64,000 bases of DNA from Octopus vulgaris (Eukaryota), in NCBI GenBank assembly GCA_951406725.2, contig OX597818.1, positions 89,838,001 to 89,902,000 of the forward strand, given 5' to 3'. Of this stretch, positions 37,762-52,693 are shown in pieces. Every line of letters begins with the position of its first letter. Positions within the stretch are counted from its first letter, which is position 1. The position numbers and the translations under genes are program-made. The notes under the pieces were generated by a model, which saw only the letters and a list, made by a program, of their open reading frames with translations, made no database searches and was not told the origin of the DNA.

Positions 37762-37985
37762 CATATATAGATAAATAGAGAGATAGATATAGATACAGAT
37801 AGATAGATAGACAGAGAGACAGACACATACGACGGTCTTCTTTCGGTTTCCGTCTACCAAATCCACCCACAAGGCTTGGGTCGACCCGAGACAATAGAAG
37901 ACCTAAGGTGACACGCAGTGGGACTCCGCCCGGAACCATGTGGTTGGGAAGCAAGTTTCTTACCACACAGCTACGCCTGCGCCTA
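37488..37985 (-). mobile_element. SINE family A, full length
   Basis: Reverse complement of the family A head and tail, with an internal microsatellite. Confidence 0.85.
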
Positions 37986-38039
37986 TATATACACGTATAT
38001 ATATATATATATATATATATCCTCTCACGTGACCGGTGG

Positions 38040-38820
<781 letters not shown>

Positions 38821-39468
38821 AATGAGACCACGCCAGCTTAAGTCGAGCAAATCACCCCAGGACTTATTCTTTACAAGCCTAGTACTCATTCTATCGGTGT
38901 CTTTTTGCCTCACGATCATAAGCTCGATGCTCTAACCATTGAGCCATGCGCCTTCACACACACACATATATATGTGTGTGTGTGTCTGTGTGTGTGTATG
39001 TATATATATGTATGTATTTGTGTGCGTGTATTAATATTAACGTTAACATTTTAATTTAATATATTTTCTAAAACGTAATTGGAAACTGTTTCTGCAAGCC
39101 AATTTCTTCAGTCGTAATGTTTACGTTTGAGAAATCTATCCTTAAGACATTCTACCCAATAACTGTCGTTTAAATAAATGCCTGTATTTCAGAATGTAAA
39201 TTTGAAAGATCCTGCTTAAGTTCAGTCACCACACGATATCAAATCACTCAGATTTAATGAAAGGATCATAACAAGAATGTATAAAAGTATTATGTATGTA
39301 TACAAGTGCGCTCGTGTGTAATATACATATTACATAATATTTTTGTTAAATATTTGACTAGTAACTACGCTGTTGGTTCTTGTGATGTTTTTTTAATGTT
39401 TGGAACATTTTAAAGTATTATTTGAAGCAAGAATAAGCAGAAAATAAATTGGAAGAATCGCCAACAAA

Positions 39469-39546
39469 ATGGCACCATGGTTATTGTTTGTAATGTTGGG
39501 TGCTGTATTTTACATGGGGAGAACAACCAACGGAGAACCTAGACAA
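39469..39546 (+). CDS. ITIH-like: ITIH-like gene, coding exon 1 (signal peptide)
   Basis: CAAAATGG start context, MAPWLLFVMLGAVFYMGRTTNGEPRQ, GTAAGT donor. Phase 0 matches exon 2. Confidence 0.75.
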
Positions 39547-40514
39547 GTAAGTCAGTATTAAAATTTTAAAGAAATCTTTCTGTTATTAATTTTACAGTAA
39601 TTTCTGAAGAGAGCGACTATCTATTTAATATCATAGTTCCTATAATTTTACAATATAAATTTTTCGATAATTAGTGGAGATTGGAGACCATGTAGTTATA
39701 AATAGCAGGAATCAAATTCGCTCATTGAAACTATAGTAATATTCTGTTGTTATATACCATACCGAATTTTAAATTTAGCTTACAATTAAATGTTCAACTA
39801 ATATACCATATTAGATTACGAACCCATTACCAATCAGTCTAGGAAATAAGAGCTATATTTTCTCGACAACTGTACTTCGTAGCATTACTTAACTATTTCT
39901 TTCTTTCATGAATAGTTGTCTAAAGTATGCAGTTTCAAGGTTAGTTAGTTTGGATAGAAAAGAGTTATTGCATCTTTATATGTTTTTATTTTGAATTTTA
40001 TTTTGAATTTTATTTTGTGATTCCGCCCGTTTTGTTCTGATTATTTCGGAAAAATTATTCCAAGTTCAACATTTTCATTATAAGTCTGATTCTTTTATTC
40101 TGTTGTCTGAAGCTTGGTTCTTTTATTCTCTTGTCTGAAATTTAAAACAATTTTTTAACGAAATCCTATACAATATGATTGCATCAGAGTTTCACCCGAT
40201 AAAATGATTTTTTAAAAAAAATTTTTCTTTTCCAAAACATTCGGTTTAATCCTAAGGGAAAATTTATTTCATTTACTTCAATCCACAACCATCGACTAAC
40301 TCCGTCTGACTCAATGCGCTCCTGCTTCGTCCTTCGTCATTCTCGTTGATTATAGCACGCAAACTGAAGTTGCTTTACTCCTTCAGTCTCTGTGTGTGCG
40401 AACTACACAAATGTCGCTATGGACCTACCACGAACGAAATCGGACTGAACCCGCTTTCTTGTCAATACTGTGGGAGACAGATCTCTCGTCACTTTACACT
40501 GAACGATATAATTC

Positions 40515-40918
40515 TTTCTATTAGACGCACAAAGCTTGAAATTTTGGGTGGGTTGGTGGGGGAACCAGTCGAATACATCAACTCTAGTACTTGACCGGTA
40601 CTTAGTTTATCGACTCCGAAAGGATGGGAAACAAAGTCGACCTCGGCGGAATTTTAACTGAGAATGTGAAGACGGACGAAATGCCTATTTCTTTACTACC
40701 CACAATTGGCTAAACACAGAGGGGACAAACAAGGACAGACAAAGGGATTAAATCGATTACATCGACCTCAGTGCGTAACTGGTACTTAATTTATCGACCC
40801 CGAAAGGATGAAAGCCGAAGTCGACCTCGGCGGAATTTGAACTCAGAACGTAACGGCAGACGAAATCCGGCTAAGTATTTTGCCCGGCGTGCTAACGATT
40901 CTGCCGATTCGCTGCCTA
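40515..40918 (-). mobile_element. SINE family B dimer
   Basis: Two GTCGACCTCGGCGGAATTT units separated by the Tx1-type tail TTTCTTTACTACCCACAA...GGACAAACAAGGACAGAC. Confidence 0.88.
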
Positions 40919-41044
40919 AATGAACGATATATTGAAAAGAAATCTCATCGACAATGCCCATTCCCCATCACAGTTGCAACTTCTTAGTCTCGATTACTAC
41001 GGTGGTTGGCATCCAGTCAGGATAACCCTTCTGTTTCAAAATAT

Positions 41045-41149
41045 AATGTCTGAAGATGTGAACGAACACTGAATTTTTTGTATGAATCGCATAACTTTTT
41101 ATGATATATGACATAAATGGCGTTAGCTCACCGAAACGTACGTGACATT
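41045..41149 (+). ncRNA. Decayed hammerhead with long stem II
   Basis: AATGT-CTGAAGA-TGTGA...TCACC-GAAAC-GTAC-GTG-ACATT. The GUG triplet is not expected to cleave. The host element ends in (TA)n at 41393. Confidence 0.6.
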
Positions 41150-41389
41150 GATTTGATTTCTCTTCTCTTCAATTAAAATTATTGTTATTCACTCAGTGAG
41201 AATTCTCACACACCTATATGATAGACATACCTTGGATAGTCGAATAGCCCCTTTAATGACTGACGGAAATATAAGTAATAATACTTGGGTTAAATGAAAG
41301 GTGTTACCTTATATCGATATTCGAAGTCTATAGTAGCCAGTTCCTGCTTGTAGTATTGCTGATATCACCTGGATTTTATTTATCCCCTC

Positions 41390-41436
<47 letters not shown>

Positions 41437-41625
41437 ACAAAAACAAAATAGAAACTACACGTGAAAATGTCAGGGGAAAGTAAGAAGAAAAATAAGCGGA
41501 AATGCACATTGAAAATCAAAAAAGGTAAAGGCTTTTTATAAAAAGTAACGATAGATATATACAATTAGATGAACTAAGGTAGGAATAAAAGTAATAAAAG
41601 TCAGTATTGTGAATTGTTAAAGAGA

Positions 41626-41671
41626 TTCAAAAGCATACCGGTTTCGTAAAATTACTGATCACTGCTTTGAA
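41626..41671 (-). ncRNA. Minimal hammerhead ribozyme, G3-C8 core variant
   Basis: The - strand reads AAAGCA-GTGATCA-GTAATTTTAC-GAAAC-CG-GTA-TGCTTT, at the same position in the element as 8662-8698. Confidence 0.72.
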
Positions 41672-43890
41672 TGCACACCGATTACTGAACAGCGTCAGGT
41701 CTACTAGTCCCTGAGTAAAAAGATTATGTGTAAGGGAGGTAAGTAGTTCTGGATTTGGTGCAATTAGGGTAGATATAGATCTGTAATGTGAATGATGTAT
41801 GGGGGTTAGTGGTATTAATTGAATGGTTAGTAGTGTTCTGTATTTATGTTATGTGTTCATATTGAGTTGTGGAAGATATTTATTGATGAAATTTGGCTCT
41901 TTATTTATTCTTTGTTGTACTGAGGTGTTTTGTGAACATTGATACAAGGGGAAAATTAGGAAATTAAGATAAAGGTTCCCAGCACACCTTTCTATGTGTT
42001 CACTGACCTGTATCTGTCTGTATTGTGGGTAGCGGATTTGTTCTTTGTGGAGAGTGATTCTTCGACGGAGTGATATTCCTGTTTGGTCAATATGATTATT
42101 ACCACACCCTAAGCATGTAATGGCAAAGATTAGATTTTCCGAGGCACAGGTGAAATTTGAGTTAATCTTAAATATTTCACCTTGTTTAAAGTGGAGCTCT
42201 GAACCCTCCAAAAGGTGGGGGCATGTACCACAGTTAGGTCGACCACATTTTTTCACTTTTGGTTTCGTTGTTAAGGGATATAGTCTTGCGCTGATTAATA
42301 TTTTTCCAATGATTTAGGTTGCATTTTGCCTTTGATAATTTTATGTGAGCCTAAAATTTTGTTCATTGTTTTATCTCCTGTGATGATGGGTAGATTTTGG
42401 ATGATAATGTTGAAGGCGTCGTTCTTTCTAGGGTTATGTGTGCAAATGTATGGGGAGTATTTTTAAGTCCGGTGTAGTATTTCGGTTGACTTCCCTTAAG
42501 GTTCGTATATCTATTTCCTTAGCTCGTTTAATGCCATCATTTATTAATGATATTGGGTAATGTCTTTTGATTAGTATTGATCTGAGTTCAAGGAGTCTTC
42601 GTTCTCGAGTATGAGTATCCGAAACTATGGTACATATTCTTTTTGCTAGATTATAAGGTATATTATTTTTTTGTGTTTGGGGTGGCATGAGTTGAATAAT
42701 AGGTATTGTTTAAAATCTGTGGGTTTATAGAAGATGTCTGTTTCGATGTGGTTATTGACTATTTTAATTAGGATGTCAAGAAAAGGGAGTTGTTTACTGC
42801 TGTGCTCCATGGTGAATTGTATGTTGCTATTGATATTGTTAAGCATTATTTTGAAATCGAGGAGGTTGTCCATGCAGTCTTTCCGAAGTATAAAGCAATC
42901 GTCCAAATACCTTTTCCAGTTCTCCTTTAAATAGCAATGAAATGAGGTGCCATATTTTTGTAGTGATGATTGGTATATTTTAAGTTCTAGGTAACCCATT
43001 ACAAGGTTCGCAATCACTGGAGCATCTCGGGTTCCCATTGCAATTCCACATTTTTGTCGATAGTAAACTGTATCGAACATGAAATAGTTGTTCAGTAAGA
43101 TGAATTTGAGTGCTGCAATTAGGAATCTGCTGCTGATGCGTCCTGGTATCTCTTCTTGGTATTTTTCTAGCTAGAAGGGGATTGCTTTGATTGCTTCTAT
43201 ACCATAATTGTGTGGGATATTGGTGTACAAATTCTCCACATCGAGTGATACTAACAGGGTTCCTTCATTTATTGTCTTCGGGAGGTGGTTAAGCATGTCT
43301 AAGTCATCTCTGATGAAGCTTTTCACATATTTTAGAAACGGTTTGAGTAAGCTGCTCAAACGGCGGTTTTCAGGGCCAGCAATGATGGGTCTCAGTTTGA
43401 GGTCAATAGGGGAGGAACATTAATGCATAGGCTTGGAGAAACTTTGCAAGATTTTTGTGTATTTTAGGTAATCCGTAGAATAGACTAGGTCTGTATTTAA
43501 AATTGGATAAATAGTCAACTTCATGTTTAGTGAGGCCCTTTTCATGTATTTGAAGTAAGGAGGATAAGTTTTTAAGTGTCTTCTGTGGGTTGTATTGTAC
43601 TATCTTCTCATAGTAAATATTATTTTCCAACCTGGAGCATATTTTTGTAGTACTCTGTGTTCATCTCCACTACCGCACTTCCTTTGTCGGCTTCTTTAAT
43701 GGTGAGGTTTATATCATTTTTTAACTCGATTAGGTCTTTCCATTCATTTACATTAAAGTTGGATTTAATTCGTTGTTTTTGTAGGGTATTAAAAGGAAAA
43801 CTGGTAATGTGTTCACAAAAAGCATCAAGTGCTTTATTTCTGCCTTTTGTAGGACAGACTTCACTTTTGTTTTTTACTATTGAGTCATCA

Positions 43891-44005
43891 TCGCTGTGTA
43901 GTTGTGAAGTGCTTCTGTGTAGTGTGAAGTGCTTCGCTGTGTAGTTGTGAAGTGCTTCTGTGTAGTGTGAAGTGCTTCGCTGTGTAGTTGTGAAGTGCTT
44001 CTGTG
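43891..44005. repeat. 43-bp tandem repeat (about 2.7 copies; 23+20 subunits) inside the Penelope ORF
   Basis: TCGCTGTGTAGTTGTGAAGTGCTTCTGTGTAGTGTGAAGTGCT starts at 43891, 43934 and 43977. Confidence 0.9.
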
Positions 44006-44489
44006 AGGATTTCGGCATCATTCGGGTTCGATCTGCAAGGGGTTGGAGTAAACTTTGAACCTCTTGCTAGAATTTTAGTTTGTGTAATACTTAGGATTTT
44101 CTTTGATAAGTTGATTATTTTCGGTTGTTCTTGTACATTTTGTTCCATTTCACATCTGTTTCTCTAATTTAGGTCTAAAAAATGGTTGTAGTAGCTGGAT
44201 TGTTGTGGAAAGTCTGTATTGTGTTTGGTTTGCTGAGGAGGAAATGGGTGTAAAGCGTGTCTGTGGTAGTATGTTTGTGGTGGAGTGACTGCGTAGCGAC
44301 CTAGATTATGGTTGTACTAAGGATTGTTATATTGTCTGTGGTTGATGTGGTTTGGGTTAATTTATTTTTAATATTGTAATGTGGGTGGAAGGAGGAGTTA
44401 TGTTGTCTAGTTAGGTTGTGTCTAGTTGAATGGTTTGAATGATTGAAGTAATCATATATATAAATATATATATATATGTATATATATTA

Positions 44490-44555
<66 letters not shown>

Positions 44556-44647
44556 TTTATATATGTATATATAGTCAGTTCAAATAAACAATAAATTTTT
44601 AAAAAAACGAATAATGAAATTTACAGACAAGAGGGCGTGCACAAGGA

Positions 44648-44698
<51 letters not shown>

Positions 44699-44739
44699 GG
44701 GAGTAATATTGAGTTGCCTAATAGTGGTTTTATCTCTAA

Positions 44740-45901
<1,162 letters not shown>

Positions 45902-46037
45902 CTATATATATATATACATATCTATATATATATATACATATCTATATATATATATACATATCTATATATATATATATACATATATATATAGTTACATATA
46001 TATATATATACATATCTATATATATATATACACACAC

Positions 46038-46068
<31 letters not shown>

Positions 46069-46301
46069 CATATCTATATATATATATACACACACACATA
46101 TATATATACATATATATATATATTACCGTAATATTTTACGGTAATATTATTACCCTTACCCATTTAATACAATAGATGAACTGATTGCTTGACAATTTCT
46201 AACATCTATGTATTAATTTTGTTGGGTACCTATCTAGCAGTATATTGGATATATATTATCCCATGGTGGGTTGAATTTTCAACCCCTTTCTCATTTTATA
46301 A

Positions 46302-46337
<36 letters not shown>

Positions 46338-46398
46338 CTATCTATATATATATACACACACACATATATATATATACATATATATATATATACATATC

Positions 46399-46535
<137 letters not shown>

Positions 46536-46536
46536 C

Positions 46537-46590
<54 letters not shown>

Positions 46591-46647
46591 CATACATACA
46601 TATATATATATATTGAGTAAAAAAGTGTATACATATATCATATATAT

Positions 46648-46691
<44 letters not shown>

Positions 46692-46708
46692 TGTATATAT
46701 TATATATT

Positions 46709-46752
<44 letters not shown>

Positions 46753-47751
46753 CATATATCATATATATATATATATAGTCAGTTCAAATAAACAATCAAT
46801 TTTTTTTAAAAAGCCAATAATAAAATTAGCAGACAAGAGGGCGTGCACAACGAATTATTAGCATGACGCTCGGTGAAAGAAGTTCGGTTTTGACCCAATT
46901 CCGTTTGAATAAGGAAAGCATACTCATTAAAATATATAAACCACAACTGAATATCCTGTAGAAAGAAGAAAAACACTAAAAAGAAAAAGGTAAAAATACC
47001 CAATATCTCCAAACACACACAAAATAAAGCAACCAGATACAATAGACATAATTTTAAAAAAAACTTTCAGTAACAGTCTTTCAACTCGAAATCACCGTAC
47101 AAACACCTGTTGCTGACGTCAGTAAATACTACAAAATGATTCTTTAAGAGAATCAACCAACTGGAACGGTTGATGACCGTTCCGCACAGGGCGATTAACC
47201 AGGCAGAATGACAAACTTGACCACCAGAAAAATAAGACGTCATCATTACTTTAATGAATCATAAATCAGAACCGTTCACAGACGAAAAATTCTAAATACA
47301 GTAGATTCCAAAAAAAACCCCCCCAAAAACGCCATTACAAGCGAAAGTTCCTGCACACAACGGAAAAAGAATCACAGAAACTGTAACAAACCCCTTTTTA
47401 CACTATCTTAATTTCTCCCTTGCGTTTCTTCCTCTTAACTCAGTATGACCGAACCTTTGTTGATCTACATTTCTTATCGATCACTACTGAATTTTGTGCA
47501 CTGAAACAAAATGATGCACATATTTTATGTTATTGAATGTTATGAACATTTGAATCATGTTTGATATTATTAAATCTTGTAAACATTGAATCTTTTAAAT
47601 ATGTTTTCCTACTTCACACTTTTAAATTTTTTACCATTGATAAACGAAAAAATATTGTTAAAACTAGTTTGGTATGTATGTAAATAGATTTATTTAAAAA
47701 CAATTAAAAGTTTTTCAAATTTAGGTGAATATTCAACAACAAATTTTCCTA

Positions 47752-48853
47752 TCCGCTCTACCGGTCACTATTTGCAACACCTGTCCGTATTCGGATTGTC
47801 CTTGCACAGAGGCCATCCTGACTCCCGTTTGCGCCGTGAACTGGGATTAATCTTCTCTCTTCGCTCCTTTACGCCATTTGGGCTCAAATCTCCTCCCCTC
47901 TTCATCTAACCTCCTCCCCTTGCCTCTCCCCCCTCCTTCCTACTTCCTCCCACCCAACTCTCCTCTCTTGCCCCGACTCCTACTTCTCTTCACTCCTACT
48001 TCTTTTCACCCCTACTCTCTTTTCCTCTTCTCTTTTACTCTCTTTCTCTCTTCTCTCTTTCTCTCTTACTCTCTTTCTCTCTTCCCCTCTTCTCTCTTAT
48101 TCTCTTTCTTCTCTCTTACTCTTTCACCCTCTCTTTCTCTCCTCTCTTACTCCATCTCCTCACATACCCACCTTCCCCTCCAACATAAGCCCACCTCATC
48201 CCTACTCCACCTTCCCTATCCTTTCCATCTCCCCATCCTATCCCACACACCCTCCCCCACCTCTCCCCCACCCTCTGCCTACCACATACCTCACCTCTAC
48301 CCCACCCTCTGCCTACCCACATACCCCAACTCTACCCCAACCCTCAGCCGAACCCACACCCACCCGTGCTTTCCCCACTCTCGCCTCCCCCACCTCCCAA
48401 CAACATCACACCACACCACACTACACCATACAACATTACACATCACATCACAACACACCAGCACTGACCAATTTCCATCCCCACATTTTCCCACATACAC
48501 ATACATACACGCACACGTCCAGACCACCAGCCCTCTTTTACACGCACATACATACTCTCTTATACACACACGCACCTTCGTGTTGGGGGTCATCTTTACT
48601 TTGTTATCTCCCTTACTTCTTCCCTCTCGTGTGTGACCCTTCTGTCTGGCAGTCGCCATGATAGATCGTTAGCCACTACACACATTTTTTCTCTCCTTGT
48701 TTCTCTCCTTGTTTTTTTTGTGTGTCCCTTTCTGTAGAAAAGCGTAGACTCGAAACGTAAAAGACTTTTTCTATTCCTGAACGTTATACTAATACATCTG
48801 TTTGTTTTGTACACCACCTGTCTTCGTCTTTTGTTTTTTTCGTAAACTCTCCC
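47752..48853 (+). mobile_element. Penelope-like 3' fragment: GIY-YIG C-terminus, C/T/A-rich low-complexity tract, terminal region
   Basis: Manual translation RSTGHYLQHLSVFGL...RLRRELGLIFSLRSFTPFGLK. Degenerate HHR CTTT-CTGTAGA..CGAAAC-GTA-AAAG near 48728-48763. Ends in (TA)n. Confidence 0.7.
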
Positions 48854-48960
48854 TATATATATATATGTATGAGTGTGTGTGTGTTTGTGAGTGTGCGCGC
48901 GCGCGTGTCTGTGTATACATACATATATACATGTTCCTATATATATAATTGTTACATAAA

Positions 48961-49192
48961 TGTTGTGTCTGGGGAGAGTCATTTTCTTTTTGTGCCTTAT
49001 AATGGTAAAATTTCGGTAAAATTTCCACTTATTTCTTATTTCTATTTTCCTAAAATTTTCGTTACGTCTTGCAACCTTATCAGCAGTCTTATTTTAGGAA
49101 AATAAAAATAAGAAATAAGTGGAAATTTTACCGGTGAGTGTGTTACATTACAAGGCACAAAAAAAAAAAAATGACTCTCCCCAGACACAACA
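48961..49192. repeat. Inverted repeat with arms of about 95-100 bp just upstream of exon 2
   Basis: TGTTGTGTCTGGGGAGAGTCATTTT...TTTTCCTAAAAT versus ATTTTAGGAAAAT...AATGACTCTCCCCAGACACAACA. Confidence 0.9.
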
Positions 49193-49318
49193 GAATATGC
49201 TTCAACATACGAACTCATATAAAGAATCTTGCAAACCAAATCCAAAAACGAAATGTTACATAAATGTTAACAGTAAATTTATTGTTATACTAACGATATT
49301 TCTTGGATTTCTTTTCAG

Positions 49319-49476
49319 AAAGCAACCCTGAAATCCATTCATGTAATCAGCGATATTAAATATCGATTTGCTACCACTCTGGTTTCCATGAAATATTATA
49401 ACCCGTACAATTCTTCAGTCAGCGCAGACTTCCACGTAATGATGCCGCGTAATTCATTTATATCGAATTTTTCTAT
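49319..49476 (+). CDS. ITIH-like: ITIH-like gene, coding exon 2 (VIT domain start)
   Basis: TTTCAG acceptor; KATLKSIHVISDIKYRFATTLVSMKYYNP...FHVMMPRNSFISNFSM; GTAAGT donor; phase 0 to 2. Confidence 0.93.
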
Positions 49477-49829
49477 GTAAGTATTGTTCTTTTTTCACAA
49501 TATATACTTTTAGTCTATTTTACTGTTGTTTTAAATCCTTGAAAAGTGGACCATGCGATGTATGAATTTTTAGTTTTCTCTTCGATTATATTATTAACGA
49601 TCAAAATGCCCCCGTCCAATGGACGGTGCTGAATCATATCTGCTGAATAAAAAGCAATCAGTGTTTTCTTTTCATTAAAAAATAATTGAGCATGCCTTTA
49701 TTTCAATAAAATTTTTGGTTTTGTTACACGAAGTTAAGGCAAAAAAAAACCTTCTTGAGAAACCAAATAGTCTTTCCTTCCTTCATGCCAAGTTTGAAGA
49801 AAATATCTCTTTTGCATCTTACTTTTTGC

Positions 49830-50145
49830 TCTCTTAAACATACTGCATTTTGTGGCATTATTTCAAGCCAGTCGACTTTTTTGCGCAAACTGTACGTGCA
49901 TTTTTCTCGCGTATGCGTAGTATCGATCGCGACAGCTGATGTATTTGCGCGTACAAATGCACGTACCCACGGCTTTATCGATCACATTCTCACCTGGAAT
50001 CGATTTTTGTAATTTTTTAAAGACTTATACACGCCTTGATACCGTCGGTATCTACATATAAAATTTGAGCGCAATCGGATGGAGGATGCCCGAGATCCTA
50101 GAAAACACACACACAGACAGATGGAACGGATTTTATATAACAGAT
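49830..50145 (+). mobile_element. Possible Helitron/HINE-like terminal fragment
   Basis: AAATTTGAGCGCAATCGG...(CA)n(CAGA)...TTTTATATAACAGAT resembles ends of Lep1-type elements as recalled. Confidence 0.4.
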
Positions 50146-50476
50146 GTTCAATTGATGATCCCAACATATAATATTTTATTGAAAGAACAGCAATTTACCA
50201 AACTTGACTATTTTGTAAATCTAGAATTGTATTTTTAACATTCTTATAAGAACTGTGATGAAAAAGAATTGTGTATACATTTTAAAAATCTTCTGATCGG
50301 AAAGCACTTTATAGACTTTCGTGATCTCTTTTCTTTTACTAGTAAATATCAATACTAGCAAGATTCGTCAGTTTCATTCTCAGCTGGAAGTTCTGAAGGT
50401 GAACAATAGAGGAAAACCAGATGACATGAAAGTACCAGAAGGAAGTTGTTCTGCAAAGGAAAATGTAATCAAAATA

Positions 50477-52693
50477 TTGGGTTGTCCGGAAAGTTCGTGC
50501 CAATTTTTAAAGGAATGTAAAAGATCAATAAAAACTTGCCATTACATTTTTAATCAACCAAATATGTACTATTTTGTTGCTAGATGCGTCTCCATCTTTG
50601 CTTTAACTAGAAAATACCCTCTTCTCAGAATTGAGGTGGTTTCATGGCAAATAATTCATCAAGGTAGCTTTTTACGTCATCCAAGGAATTGAAATGTTTA
50701 CCATTAAGACTATTCTGCAGAGACCTGAATAAGTGGAAATCCGAAGGAGCAATATCTGGTGAATATGGAGGGTGGGGTAACACATCTCAGCCGAGCTGCA
50801 GCAATTTTTGTCTGGTTTCCCAAAGCATCAAGTGCCGAAAATGAACTTTATTATCTTCCATTTCAAACGGTTACAGAATTAACACAGGAACTTAAACCTG
50901 CTTCCACGAAAAGATAGCTTAAACTGTGGTCTAAATTTTTCAACTATTTTCAAACAAGATGATGGTCGTGAACCTCCTCCATTTGATAGATCGGTACCTC
51001 CAATGCTTCGATTAGTCATCACGCGAGACGAAGTCAAACGTGTTATTCAAGGCCTCGATGTCAACAAGGGTCACGGCCCTGACGGCATACACCCACGGGT
51101 TATCAAAGCGTTGGCTCCGGTCATCTGCGAGCCCTTAACACGACTATTCAATATGTCATTGGCGACGGGTGTTATACCTGCAGACTGGAAAACAGCGATA
51201 ATCTGCCCAATTTTCAAGAAAGGGAGCCGCGAAGACCCGCTTAACTACCGACCGGTTTCCCTTACATCAATAATCAGCAAGATGTTCGAAACCATCCTTA
51301 AGAAAAGTATGATGCTCCACCTCCTAAACACAGCCTCTATCTCTGATTCCCAACACGGCTTCGTGCCGAAGAGATCATGCTTGACCAACTTACTAGTAAT
51401 GGAAGAATTGGTGACGCGCATCCTCGATGATAGTGATGCTGTTGACATCGTTTTATTGGACTTTGCCAAAGCTTTTGACTCGGTAAACCACCGCCTATTA
51501 CTTGTCAAGCTTCAAGCATATAGTTTCCATCCGGATATTATACGATGGGTTGGTGCCTTCCTCTCAGATCGCTCCTTCCAAGTCCAAGTTAATGGTTCGC
51601 GGTCCGACGTCTCCAGTGCGAGCAGTGGCGTGCCTCAAGGTTCAGTGCTTGGGCCCTTGTTGTTCTTAGTCTTCATAAATGACTTGCTCGACGACCTCAC
51701 GCAACACACCCTTCTATTTGCCGACGATATCAAACTGGTCGCTCCTCGCGTTAATATAGAGGATCTTCGTCGATGCCTCCACCAAATTTGGAAGTGGTCT
51801 AACGATTGGGACCTGTGTCTGAACGTGTCAAAGTGCTGTCATCTGCCTGTCGGCTCTACTCCTGCAACTCAACTTGATTTCGAGCCGGGTCGTCTGCTGC
51901 TGGAGAGGACCGATCAGGTAAAGGACCTGGGTATCTTGGTGGATTCCTCCTTTTCGCCTTCGGCCCAGTGCGTCCATGCTGCCAACAAAGCACGCGGAAT
52001 TCTGTTCTTGATTCGACGGTCATTCGGAATGCTCACAGCAGCCATATTCCTACCACTCTATGTCACGCTGGTGAGACCCATATTGGAGTATGGGATTCAG
52101 GCCTCTTCTCCTTATCTCCTCAAAGACATACAGCATCTCGAAAGAGTCCAGAGGCTGGCTACCCGCATGGTTCATGGTCTCAAAAATTTGTCCTACGAAG
52201 AAAGGCTGAGGACGCTCGACCTTTATTCTCTTGAAAACGCCGCCGCCGTGGTGATCTCATTCTCGCCCACAACATCATAAGCGGAAAGTGTAACCTCTCG
52301 AAAGAGCTGTTCTTCACTCCTGCTCCAGAGCGTCGGCTGCGGGGTCATTCCGAAAAGCTCTACCTGCGACGATTTCATCTCAATCGAAGGAGAGGAGCTT
52401 TCTCCGTCCGGGTTGCGGATCCGTGGAACAAGCTGCCGGACGAGATGGTGAAGATGCCGACGACCGCTTTGTTCAAAGCCTCCCTGGACCTCAAGTGGCC
52501 TGAACTCTTTACATGAACACCACCCTGTACTTAACTCCATGTCCCCCTACATGGCCTTGCTATTTGCTTTTGAGCCAAATTAACTAACTAAATGGAAGAG
52601 TAATCAAATCCTATTTTATGGACTCCACCATGTTCTAAAATAAGTCGAAAGATAAGCTACTATAAATCGGCACGAACTTTCCGGACAACCCAA
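50477..52693 (-). mobile_element. Internally deleted mariner interrupted by a LINE
   Basis: TIRs TTGGGTTGTCCGGAAAGTTCGTGCC and GGCACGAACTTTCCGGACAACCCAA with TA TSDs. The - strand encodes VLPHPPYSPDIAPSDFHLFRSLQNSLNGK. Confidence 0.92.
50937..52587 (+). mobile_element. 5'-truncated CR1-like LINE with intact RT domain
   Basis: ORF 51003-52280: GPDGI, NYRPVSLTS, QHGF, DFAKAFDSV, GVPQGSVLGP, FADD. One frameshift near 52235, then RGHSEKL...WNKLP. (TAAC)n tail; CTAAAT at both junctions. Confidence 0.93.

Larger units (their letters stand above)
41435..44452 (-). mobile_element. Near-complete, frameshifted Penelope-like element (Neptune type), flanked by (TA)n
   Basis: IINLSKK..LARGSKFTPTP, IKEADKGSAVV, FYGLPKIHK, LDVENLYTNIP, YRQKCGIAMGT, RYLDD, LPFLD, CGRPNCGTC linker and a GIY-YIG domain. 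Confidence 0.95.

Noticed and set aside
39080-39115. CTGAAGA...GAAAC on the - strand (similar partial hits near 19110-19160 and 10055-10150)
   Set aside because: Stems I and II do not pair convincingly; compatible with chance.
43891-44005. CRISPR-like periodic repeat
   Set aside because: Contiguous tandem units with no unique spacers, in eukaryotic DNA, with no cas genes.
47878-48636. 252-aa Leu/Pro/Ser/His-rich ORF
   Set aside because: It is a G-poor low-complexity tract within a Penelope 3' region and is open because of base composition.
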